From assembly GCA_964016885.1 (NCBI GenBank), contig OZ024741.1, forward strand, positions 111,662,001-111,726,000: 64,000 nucleotides of DNA, written 5' to 3'. Source of the DNA: Eledone cirrhosa. Taxonomy: Eukaryota. Below, piece by piece: positions 52,155 to 64,000 of the stretch. The notes beneath the pieces are model-generated. The model made no database searches and was not told where the DNA came from. It worked only from the letters and a program-made list of their open reading frames with translations. Every line of letters begins with the position of its first letter. Position 1 is the first letter of the stretch. The translations under genes were made by a program, and so were the position numbers.

Positions 52155-53251
52155 CACCTTTTATAACGAAGCTCTAGCTAGAAGTGGCCACAAAAATAGA
52201 TTAGTATATATACCTTCTACCAATAACTCTACAAACATACAACCTAATATTACCAACAAACACCAAATGAAACATACACACCTAAATGCCACTCACACTA
52301 TACCCCAAAACACCAACATAAAACCAAATTTCTCTAACTCTTCTAATATACAGTATAGTAACTCTCAAAAAACTACTCATCCTACAACTCTAATAAATGT
52401 TAATAATAAAACTCCTAATAAACAAGCTAAAACACTTAAATCAATAAATCTAACTAAAAATGTGTGTGGTGAGGTCATTAACAATAATTCTCTTAATAAA
52501 CATCAGGATGCATCCTATAAAAACAATAAACAACATCGAAACCGTAATAGACGTGTTACTTGGTAAAATGCTCCATTTAATTTACAAATTAAGGATAATA
52601 TACCTAAAATATTCTTTAATATCCTAGAGAAAAACTTCCCGCCAAACCACAAATACCATCAAATCTTAAATAGATCAACGGTTAAATTCTCCTACTCAAC
52701 AACCAAGAACATAAAACAAAATATAAGTGCCTATAATGCATATAAATGTAAAAAAAACCATGAGTATACCACCAGTACATCAAACTAACCATAATATCTC
52801 CTCAGATACAGGATTCACGAAAAGTTGTAACTGTAGAAACAAGACAAACTGTCCATTAAAAGGAAATTGCCTTGTTAATAACATAGTATATAAATGTAAA
52901 GTTAACACTAAGGACTCAATTTATTCATATATAGGAGCTACCTCTAACAAATTTAAGGTAAGATTTAATACCCACAAACATAGTTTTAAAAATGCCGCAC
53001 TAGCTAATACAACATCTCTAGCTGAAATAATAAATAGTTATAGAAAGAGGAATATAGTATATGACCTGACCTGGAGTGTACTCAAAAGGGCCACCCCTTA
53101 TCAAAATAGTAGAAATGAATGTAGATTATGTTCCCAAGAACTTTTTGAAATAATGAAATCTAAGGATATCCTATTAAATAAGCGACAGGAATTAATAATA
53201 TCGTGTAATCATAAACTGAGAAAAACCTTTAAATATTATAAACCTAATTAA
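52155..53251 (+). pseudogene. Penelope-like thumb/linker plus GIY-YIG endonuclease
   Basis: FYNEALARSG, RRVTW*NAPF, CNCRNKTNCPL.G.CL, VYKC..YIGAT..FKVRF.TH, CRLC, LLNKRQE. Confidence 0.9.
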
Positions 53252-53798
53252 TATACACTTTAGAAATTAATTTATAAATTATTTTTAATTTAGTTAACCT
53301 ATAATTAATATTCTACGACTGATGAACTACATAATTCTGCTTTAAAAATTATAAACCTAATTAATATACACTTTTGAAATTAATATATAAATTATTTTTA
53401 ATTTAGTTAACCTATAATTAATATTCTACTACTGATGAACTACATCATTTTGCTTTCCTTCTTACAAACATCATTTCCTAAAACTGATACCATTAAGTAA
53501 ACATATATAATGCTTTAACTTCAGGTTATGACTCTATGTTCGTTGAAAACTATATATATTTACTATTTCTCACTAATAAATTTAATCCCCCCCCCCAATA
53601 ATTATATGTATATATAAGTGTATATGTGTGTGTATATGTATATGTATGTATGTATATGTGCATGTATATATCTATGTATATATATATATATATATATGTG
53701 TATATATATGTATATGTATATATGTGTGTATGTGTGTGTGTGTATGTGTATATATATGTATATATATGTATATATATAAGTGTATATATGTGTATATA

Positions 53799-53829
<31 letters not shown>

Positions 53830-54490
53830 GTATATATATATATATGTATAAGTATATATATATATATTATTTTTATATTCTTTTAATTTCCCCTCATCTT
53901 TAACAGCACTTTTCAACTGCATCTAACTCTTATTTATCATATCTATATGTATTAGTATAATTTTATCAATATAAATATACCCAATTTATATTCTTTTCAT
54001 AGATGTATTTTTTTCACTAACATTCTTATCTTAAAACTTTAGTCACCTTAGATATTTGTATTGGCATTACTATTTTATAACAGCAACTGCTTGTATACCT
54101 TTTACTGACCACCTGACCTATTTTCACCCCTAAAATAAGCTTCAATTACTACTATTTTACCATTTGGCCAATTATTAACTTTCTATTGGTTAATTCTAAA
54201 CCTCTTACCGAACAGACAGAATATATTAGATCTTTGTTGGTTTTATTCAATGAAAAAATAAAATTATTTCTGAGGTCAGCATAAGACCTATTTCTTCCCT
54301 AAAATAATCCTTCATTCATAATATTCTTTTCCATCCAAAACTGAAATCTACCTTCCTCTACCCATAATTTAAGGTTCTTCTACTACTATATTACCATCCT
54401 GACCCTCACTATCTCTCTATTAGTCAATTCAAAACCTGTTCCCAAACAGACCTATTGTATTGAATCTTTGTTTTTTTCAATAAACAAATA

Positions 54491-54632
54491 TCATTATTTC
54501 TGAAGACAGCATATATATGTGTAGGTATGTATATTCCCTCTGATAGTTTGTATAAATATTGTACATAGATCTATAAAATATGCATACCAACTCTAACACA
54601 TATATATCCTAGAAACGATCGTAAAATGATGA
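54491..54632 (+). ncRNA. Hammerhead with expanded helix II (inverted copy at ~51352-51493)
   Basis: tcattattt-CTGAAGA-...-GAAA-cgatcg-TA-aaatgatga. Confidence 0.65.
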
Positions 54633-54740
54633 ATTTTTTTAATATAAGGAACTGTTTCTTTGTTTATTCATTATTTTATTAATTTATATATATATATATA
54701 TACACATAAACATATATATACGTCTCTCTCTCCCTCTCTC

Positions 54741-54784
<44 letters not shown>

Positions 54785-54939
54785 TATATGTCTGTATACT
54801 TGTGTATATATATATATATATATACTAACAAATATAGTAAAACAAGAAAGAAAGTGTTTGTAATTTATGTGATGCAGGGTTCATTAAGAGGTATCTGCAA
54901 GTAACAAAGGAAATGATAAAAGAGAAAAGGATTGCACAC

Positions 54940-55300
<361 letters not shown>

Positions 55301-57049
55301 TACGTAACAAATGAAACAAAACAAATCCAAATCTAAAATGAAGAAGAAAATAAAAAATAAAAACAAACAAGTGAACAAACATAAATAAATAAAAGATAAA
55401 TGAAAATTCATGGAAAAATTGAATGTCGGAATAAAATTAGGTGGAACGATGATAAAATTCATTCTCTGCTGTTCAATCAATCAATGAATTAATCGATAAT
55501 TTTCTTATCTCATGCAACTGTGATAAATAGAGTCAATTGTTTCTGCATCTGTTACTGGTGATATCTGTCAGTAGAACGTGGGCGTATTAACCTTTATTAA
55601 GGCTGAACAGTAGAAGAAATGGAGGTTGTAACAATAACGTCCTTGTGGTCATATGGTTAAGAGGTTCCCTTCGCAGATACTCTTCTACCAGTTTTAGTCG
55701 TTAGACTGTCACCATAGTGAGGCACGGCCTTGGCGGCTTTTAGTTGAGTATGTCAATTGTAATACTTATTCTTTTGCTCAGGTAGTATTTCATCGATTTC
55801 TATTTGTCGAACTGCTATGTTACGGAATCTATATATAAATTAGAGCAGCTTCTGTCCGTCCGTCCGTCACACAATGTGTGTGTGTTTGTGCGAATGTATG
55901 TGCGTGTAAAAGGAAAGAAGGGGATGGTGAAAAACTATAGCAAAACAGCGATTGGCGTTCCATTTGCAACGCTGTGTGTGAGTTTCTGTAAATGTATGTG
56001 TGTGCGTATTTATGTGGATGTATGTGTGTGTTTATGTGAATGTATGTCTATAAGTGTGTCTGTTTGCGCGTTTATATTTATATACTCATACATATAAATG
56101 TAAGCACATGCACACACACATACGCGTCAGCGTGTTGAAAAAAATCCTGTATAACCCCCCCTCACTCTCTCGTAAAAAAAACCCAGAAATACAGACACAA
56201 ACAGATACACTTATTTATATATGACGAGCTTCCTGACAGTTTCCGCCCACAAAATTTCACTCACAAAGCATTGACCAGCCTGAGGCTATTGTAGAAAATA
56301 TTTGCCAAAATGCCCTCTAGATCGATTACACTGCACTGCTACCAGACCCTCAGATCAACCAAAGTTCCTATGTATAAAATTGGGTACCTAGAAACTGGAA
56401 TGAAGCCGGTTGAAGAGACAGTTATTATTCTTGTGTGGTAGACTTAATTGGTTGCTTAGTTCAACCTCACCACCAAGTCCCCAGGAGCCGTTTGCACAGT
56501 CCACACTTTTATAAATGTTACAGTCAGGCTACGGGTCTGAGGGGAGCTTAGACTCTGTTCAATAATGAGAAAGGGACCTTAACGTTTGATAGAAACGTGG
56601 GGGCGTTGTCTTGAACATTTTAAACCTGGCGGAGCCCATCCTTTTGAAGGTCGAACGCAGCCGGTTTCTTCTAGAGAAAGAAATAAAAAGAAAGAAAAAG
56701 AAAGAGAGGGAGAGATAGAGTGTGTATGTGTATGTGATAGAGAGAAAGAGAGAGGGTGTGTGTGTGAGAGAAAGAAAGAGAGAGTGAAAGAATCTATTCT
56801 AGTACTTTTTTTGTTAACCTCGAAAGTATGGAGGTCAAAGTTGACTTCGGCGAGAATTGAACTCAGAGTACCGGAGTGAATACCATAAAATGAATACCAT
56901 CTGGCGTTTTAACGACTCTGCTACCCCAACAATAATGACATAGAATAAATGAATGTAATGTGAAGTGAAATAGCTACAACAGTGAATCACAACTAGTTGT
57001 TGGGCCTAGACTCTTAGAATCACAGCCGATATGGAATAAAAATGTCAGA

Positions 57050-57830
57050 AATCCTATTTGGCTTCATGCCATGCCGTAGCACCATTAATTTCTCTATATT
57101 GCATTAGCTGTTGAAGAAAGTAAACGAACATCAAATCCCATTGCATGTACATTATATAGATTTTGAAGAGGCATTCCACATAATGGGGAGAAGAATCATA
57201 TAGCTAACACCTCTGAAACCATCTATCAATACTAAGTAGTCTAATTAAAGAGGGCGAATTGGTAGAGTCGATAAAATGCTTTGCAGTATTTATTCCAGCT
57301 CCTTACGTTCCGAGTTCAAATGCTGCTGAGGTCAATTTGCCTTTCATATTTTTGATGATGATAAAAAAGTTACCAGTTCAGGACTGTGGCCGATTCTTTT
57401 TCTCTATTTCTTCCACATTACCTGTATATCGTTCTCATTACCTGTATCCCTCACTCAATTACTTTCTCTTTCTCTCATTTTCTAGAAGAAATCGGCTGTA
57501 TTCTGACCTGGTGATGGAATGGGCTCCGCTTAGTTTAAAATTCCCAATACATGTCGTTTGCCCCTTACGACTTCATCATGAGTTCTGGATCAATAGATAC
57601 ACACAAAGACATATACAACATCTCAAAGCGTGTGGGGGTTGCAATTGAGCGGGGAGTTGACTAAGGCGTTCGATGTCAGGGTAGGAGTGAGACTGAGATG
57701 TTTCGTAACCAACCCTGTTCAACGTCTACCACGACCACATGCTCCAAATGTACATGAATATGTCTTAGTATAACCCAATTCTAACACTGATAACAATTTT
57801 GATGTGGGTTCTCAGATTATGCAGTACATA
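57050..57830 (+). pseudogene. Highly decayed LINE RT fragment interrupted by a decayed SINE A (57250-57390)
   Basis: EHQIPLHVHYIDFEEAF (~DFEKAFD) and FDVRVGVR...PTLFN remnants. Confidence 0.45.
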
Positions 57831-58726
57831 CATATAAGGCCTGTTTCTTCTCGCTATACAACATATCATACCTTGGCCGAAGTAATTTGTTCACAGTTCC
57901 CTGAACTTCTTGTAGTCTTGTCATATACATTATTCATAAATATTTGTAGTTGTTGTTGGGTAAAAGTCTGAAAAGTATTGGACACCAAAGAATGAACTGG
58001 ACCAAATAGTAAGCTGAGATTTATATTCAGTTTTAATCCACTAATGGAAATTTAAAGATGTATTCCTATTTTCATCAGTTCATCATCAGGACTAATGGAT
58101 TTACTATGTATGGATTCTAATGATTGATGCCAAGAGATCAGACAGTTAAAGAAAAATAGATACAGACACACACTCACATATATATATATGCATATATATA
58201 TATGCATATATATATCACAAAAAAGATATGCATGCTTATAAGTATATACGTATATATGAATACATACACTTACTCACTCAACCCCCCCCCCCCCCATATA
58301 TATATATATTTATATATATAACACCTTACAAGAGAATTAATAGATTGAAAACAGACACCGTCATACTTTTATGTGGTCTGTCTCGTTTCTTTTTCCTTCT
58401 CTCTTTTGTTCCCCCCTCTCTCTTTTCCCCACTATTGTCTGACACAGTGTAATGTGGTCTTTGGTAAACTAACAAACATAGAACGACATATATAAACACA
58501 TATAGACACACATGCGAGCAGACATCCACACACACACACACATACACACACAGACAAACACACACACACAAGCACATACACACACACACACATATATATA
58601 TATATACATATATGTATGGATACAAACTCACAAATATAATGCATATGCCTGGTCTTTTAAGGATGTCCATCGAATTTCTCTCTCACCCTCTCTCTCAACC
58701 CCTCTCTCTCTCCGCTCCCCTCTCTT

Positions 58727-58766
<40 letters not shown>

Positions 58767-58947
58767 ATTATAATTGAATATAAAAGAAAAAAGAACACAG
58801 ATATATACATATGTGTGTTCAAATCGTAAGGGACCAGATTCGCTAAGGTGAAAAGAATACTAACTATAGACAATAGGGTTTGCCAGACTCAATTTAAGAA
58901 TAAATCAAGAAAATAAATACAAACCGGAATTGTGGTAACTACCAATC

Positions 58948-59022
58948 ACCCAGACAGCTTTCATAATGCTGTTACGAAAAATTAATTGTGAAGAGGAATA
59001 CCAATTCTTGCTCATCAGTGGT
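58948..59022 (-). ncRNA. Degenerate hammerhead (GAAA changed to GTAA)
   Basis: cca-CTGATGA-g...c-GTAA-cagc(attatgaaa)gctg-TC-tgg. Confidence 0.45.
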
Positions 59023-59277
59023 TGAAGAATTATTAGTATCCTGGTCACTTCTAAGTATATTAAAAAACTGAATAGTGTGCGTATATATAATAATGCACAT
59101 GGTATCTGAACTTAGCGTGTCTCACAAACTCACACCACTATATATATATATGATCGGGAAACATTTACAGCTGACGGAGGAATCTCCTTTCTTCCTTTCT
59201 CCACTTGTTCCGTCCTAACCACCATCCTAAAGCTTATTTTTAGTAACCACACAGCTCCTTTCGTTTCATATCATTTT

Positions 59278-59319
<42 letters not shown>

Positions 59320-59551
59320 CGAGTCCCGGACTCAATCGGAGGTAATCGCAGTTAGTAAGGTACTCAATACATTAGTAGTGTGTAAACATCAAGTTTAATA
59401 TAAAAATAGCTTCTACTAGAAATGTTTCATTAAAAAAATCTGTAGAAACCATTTCGATATTAAACTTGATATATATATATATCACTACGAGGTGATGAAT
59501 TCATCTTTCTGTGTGAACGTTGGCAAATAGTGTTTGTGGCATTTAATCGCA

Positions 59552-59633
59552 ATCTCTCGCTGATGAAGCCCAGGATTATCTGTTACAAACACACTCAGGG
59601 CGAAACAGATTAGGGATAATCTGTCCGAGAGAT
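59552..59633 (+). ncRNA. Type I hammerhead ribozyme, canonical core
   Basis: atctctcg-CTGATGA-a-gccc(26 nt)gggc-GAAA-cagatta(ggga)taatctg-TC-cgagagat; predicted cleavage after C59625. Confidence 0.85.
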
Positions 59634-59853
59634 ATAATAGTTATTGAGGCGGTTTGTATAATTATGATAATATATTTTTATTTTCATTTTGTTATTCTGT
59701 CTGTTTCTTGGTTAAATATTTCAAGCATATGTGGTTTTTCAACCCTTGTAATTTTAGACACACGGTTTACTGTGTTTCTTACTATATATTGTTAATCGGC
59801 TCAGTATTTATTTGTACTTTATACTTAGAGCTTAATGGTTACAGGGTTCTAAT

Positions 59854-59948
<95 letters not shown>

Positions 59949-60084
59949 TGTCTATACAAACCCACGTGGTAGCCACACATCTCGTATCCACCCACACCCA
60001 CGGGACATCTATACACACCCATGTGGTATATAAACACACCCATGCTTGCGCCTGTATATTTAGAGACTGGCAAACATTATCGTG

Positions 60085-60516
60085 AATTAGCAGTGTCGGT
60101 AGAGGGTCGGACGCCATGCTTTGCAGCACAGTTACGTCCCTTTACGGACTGAGTTCAAATCCCGCCGAGGTTAACTTTGCCTTTCATCCTTACGGGGTCG
60201 ATAAAATAAAGTACCAGTAATACACTGGGATAATTGCTGGCCTTGTTCCAAAAGTAGAAACAATTATCTGATATGAAGAACTCTATATTAGATCTAATTG
60301 TTTCTACATTAGGCACAAGGTCAGCAATTTCCCCAGTGCATTACTGGTACTTTATTTTATCGACCCCGTAAGGATGAAAGGCAAAGTTAACCTCGGCGGG
60401 ATTTGAACTCAGACCGTAAACAGCCGTAACTCTATGCTGCAAAGCATGGTATCGGTAGAGCTTCAGACACCATGCTTTCCAGCATAGAGTTACGGGCCTT
60501 TACGGTCTGAGTTCAA

Positions 60517-60520
<4 letters not shown>
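60085..60520. mobile_element. Three adjacent SINE A copies (+ 60085-60265, - 60297-60448, + 60449-60520)
   Basis: Family consensus in alternating orientations. Confidence 0.88.
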
Positions 60521-60551
<31 letters not shown>

Positions 60552-61131
60552 AATATATTAATTGCTTAAGTTTATTTAAAAACAACCCAGTCGAGAGCTT
60601 ACTTCGATTTGTGTAGTTTTTTGCAATTTTTTGCAATTCCTTTACACATTTTGAGTGCACCCGCCAAAAACCGGGGTTACCACACTTGCAGGGTAACCAC
60701 GTGAGGTAGTAGCTTCACTAATGCTTCGTTTGAACCCGGTAGGCGGATGAGAACAAAAACCTGTTGACAAAGTGACTGCCTTGTTCGATCCTTATACTAA
60801 GTCTTACAACGAAAGCAGACAGTACAGTTGATTTAGTGTCACACAAACCTCCCACTAGATTTTACCACCACTTCCCAGGAAGGTCCAGGTAATTTTTTGT
60901 TAACCTGTTTAGCTTGCTCGTTTTTTCGGCTGCCGGCTTGTCAATTCACGGCCACTGTTTTAAATGTGTTCGGCCTTTATAACGTATGGTAACTGCTCTG
61001 GCTTCTTCATAGTCCATTGAGAGCTTGCCAGCGTATCTCGAAGATTGCGTTTCGTTTTGTTTTGGTCACCGCCGAAATACGATCTCGCTGAAATTATATT
61101 TGTATATATATATATAGTTTTAATATAGATG

Positions 61132-61182
61132 AGATTCTACAGGACTAGGACTGTTTCATTCTTTAGAAATCATCAGGAATCT
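61132..61182 (-). ncRNA. Type I hammerhead (truncated + copy at 51009-51052)
   Basis: agattc-CTGATGA-t-ttc(taaa)gaa-t-GAAA-cag(tcctagtc)ctg-TA-gaatct. Confidence 0.7.
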
Positions 61183-61658
61183 GGGTATCAAAAAATAAAT
61201 ATGGTATTTATAGGTCTCTTCAGGTGGTAGGAGAGGGTGAGGAGTGGGATGGGTGGAGGTCATTGGTTGAAAGAAAAGGGAATTCATTAAAAGCTAATTC
61301 TTTAAGGCTATAATTTATATTTAGAGTAACAAAGGCAGAAAGAATTCTATAAACAAGTTCAGAATGGGGCGCAACTCCTTATTTTTAAGTTTCTCTTAAG
61401 CTAACAATGCCTATATTTTAGGTGTCTATAAGATCGTTGTGGGTCAGTCATGGTTGATGGATTTAAAGAAAAGGGAAATTCTTTAAAAGCTAATTCTTTA
61501 AGGTTCTACTTAGTGACAAAGGCCTAGAGAATTCTATAAACCAGTTCAAAGTATTGAGTGCATATCATACCATTATCTTCAAATTTCGCTTAAACTATAT
61601 TCCAAAAGTCAACAGACACGTTCACAAACACACACACTCACACACTCGCGCACCCCCC

Positions 61659-61735
<77 letters not shown>

Positions 61736-61946
61736 ATAATAGTAATAATAATAAATTTGAAGACTAAAATCCAAAGAGGGCTCGATAAGGATAAATATAT
61801 ATCAAATATATAAGAACCGTAGAGCAAATATTTATTAAAATAACAGATTAAAGTTTAAGCAAAGAATCGCTGCTTTCACCCTTAACGGGGTCTTCTGAAA
61901 CTAACAAAGTCAATCTGTAAACGCAGAACTGGATATTTCAAATATA

Positions 61947-62021
<75 letters not shown>

Positions 62022-62068
62022 TACATATACACTTATATACACACATATACACACACACATATATATAT

Positions 62069-62212
62069 GTACTTTCATGCTTTCGCAATCTTCAGATTCA
62101 TAATGTGTGGTGACAGTGAAGTTTGCAATTTTCAACAGTTGAAAATTGCAAACTTGACTGTCACCACACATTATGAACCTGAAGTTTGCGAAAGCATGAA
62201 AGTACTTGTTCA
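62069..62212. repeat. Fold-back carrying a helix-II-less hammerhead motif (62174-62212)
   Basis: Arms pivot at 62137; tgaac-CTGAAG(T/A)-ttgc-GAAA-gcat(gaaa)gtac-TT-gttca. Confidence 0.6.
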
Positions 62213-62442
62213 ATTAACACTTAACATTTAATATTCCACCATACTATTTCATTCTAATACCATTATAAATTTTAAAGGATTGTAAATAAAACGAGTAAAT
62301 CAGACAAAGTTGGAATTCCTTTTATTAATATGTATATATATATATTTTTTTTACTATATGTTTGTTGTATACCAACACCTGAGTATGCAGATTGGAGCAC
62401 TCGGCGAAGTGCGCAGGTTGGTTTGGTTCCTCCGGAGTAATG

Positions 62443-62897
62443 TAAAATAAAATAAAATAAATAAGTCAAATGTTTAAAATTTAGCTTCGTTTATTACTGC
62501 TATATATATTTCGGTGACAGCCATCTTTGGCTGTGACCTCTTCAGGCAGTCCGAATTAGTGTGGTATAGACAAGTACATATGTTGTTGAGGTGTATTGTA
62601 TATCTTTGTCAATACTCTGATATGCCCAGTTCCTGGTTGGGTTGTTATTTCACTGAGGAACTGGAATCATATCATATGACTCCAGTTCCTCAGTGAAATA
62701 ACGACCCAACCAGGAACTGGGCATATCAGAGTATTGACAAAGTTAGACACCTCAACAACATATGTACTTGTCTATACCACACTAATTCGGACTGCCTGAA
62801 GAGGTCACAGCCAAAGATGGCTGTCACCGAAATATATATAGCAGTAATAAACGAAGCTAAATTTTAAACATTTGACTTATTTATTTTATTTTATTTT
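62443..62897. repeat. Near-perfect fold-back (~225-bp arms)
   Basis: 62443-62670 is inverted to 62673-62897. Confidence 0.9.
62791..62845 (+). ncRNA. Type I hammerhead (inverted copy at 62496-62550)
   Basis: actgc-CTGAAGA-ggtcacagcca(aaga)tggctgtcacc-GAAA-tatata-TA-gcagt. Confidence 0.8.
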
Positions 62898-63027
62898 TTA
62901 TATATATATAGATATATATCTATATCTATATATATATATAAATTTATTCCAACATATACATTTATATAGAAATAAATAATCACTTTCACTCGCCTACACA
63001 CACAGATATAAGCACACAGACACAGAT

Positions 63028-63147
63028 GGTATCGGTAGAGCGTCAGACACCGTGCTTTCCAGCATAGAGTTACGGCCCTTTGCGGTCTGAGTTCAAATCC
63101 CGCCGAGGTTAACTTTGCCTTTCATCTTTCCGGGGTCGATAAAATAA
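63028..63147 (+). mobile_element. SINE A, 3'-truncated
   Basis: Family consensus. Confidence 0.85.
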
Positions 63148-63163
63148 CTATATATATATTTAT

Positions 63164-63224
<61 letters not shown>

Positions 63225-63485
63225 GTAATTTATAAGTAAGGTTACAGTTACTTCTAATTTTCCCTACAAGGCGAAACTGTAATCCTACATTATATATACT
63301 ATGGTTACATACACAGTCTCATACATACATAAACACATACATGCAGAGAATATGAAATTGAAATTTTCCAATAAATATTGAAATGAACATAGACACACAC
63401 ACACACAGACACATATATATATATATATGTACATATACATATACACATTCACACACAAACACACGCACACACACACACGTATATG

Positions 63486-63548
<63 letters not shown>

Positions 63549-63549
<1 letters not shown>

Positions 63550-63602
63550 CCAACCCTTGCAAGCAGAGAAAAGCGGACGTAAAATGATGATGATGATGAT
63601 GA
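63549..63602 (+). mobile_element. RTE-type 3' end remnant with (GAT)n tail
   Basis: Similar to 4345-4410. Confidence 0.55.
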
Positions 63603-64000
63603 AAACGCACACACAGAAACACACACACACACACACACACACATACAAGTCCATGAGTGTATGTGTGTTTACACAAATATAAAGATATACTCATATATAA
63701 CATTCGAAGACAAATACAAACACATACACAGCATATTGTTATATATACCAACAAACACATAGAGATATACACAAATACACATAAAATCTCAAAACACATC
63801 CTATACATGCATGCATAGACAAACATATATACATAGACACACGTATATGCAAATGTGAATATGGAGCTATTTAAATTTTGTCATATATGTCAGGTAATTT
63901 CCAGCTGATTTCCTCCAGCTATATGTTACTGCAGTTATATTAATGCAACCCCCTCTCCTTCTTTCTCTCTCTCTCTCTTTCTCACTTTCTCTCTCTCTGC

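Larger units (their letters stand above)
51160..54685 (+). mobile_element. Penelope-like element, 5'-truncated, with inverted pLTR
   Basis: 51300-52152 is inverted to 53850-54680, enclosing a GIY-YIG coding remnant. Confidence 0.88.

Noticed and set aside
53235-53460. CTGATGA twice in a ~113-bp tandem duplication after the GIY-YIG stop
   Set aside because: No matching GAAA or helix III/I could be built; this element's hammerhead is at 54491

Overview
This is a eukaryotic, very AT- and microsatellite-rich window with no recognisable host gene. The repeat content suggests an animal genome, probably a cephalopod or other mollusc (inference). It is almost entirely transposon-derived: an RTE LINE fragment, many copies of one tRNA-like SINE, a ~16-kb pile-up on (ATT)n of Tx1-clade LINEs (+) and R4/Dong LINEs (-), a full-length 6.5-kb Helitron (A|TC...CTAG|T), and many Penelope-like (RT + GIY-YIG) remnants arranged as inverted fold-backs on (TA)n. 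The signal the ORF track misses is RNA structure. About a dozen sequence-unrelated families of type I hammerhead ribozyme motifs can be folded by eye. They include canonical, minimal/dimeric, helix-II-less, hugely expanded helix-II and U3:A8 core-variant forms. Two sit in ORF-less 316-bp and 420-bp tandem units that resemble non-LTR retrozymes (circular-RNA-producing repeats). All structures were read manually; no folding or database search was run.
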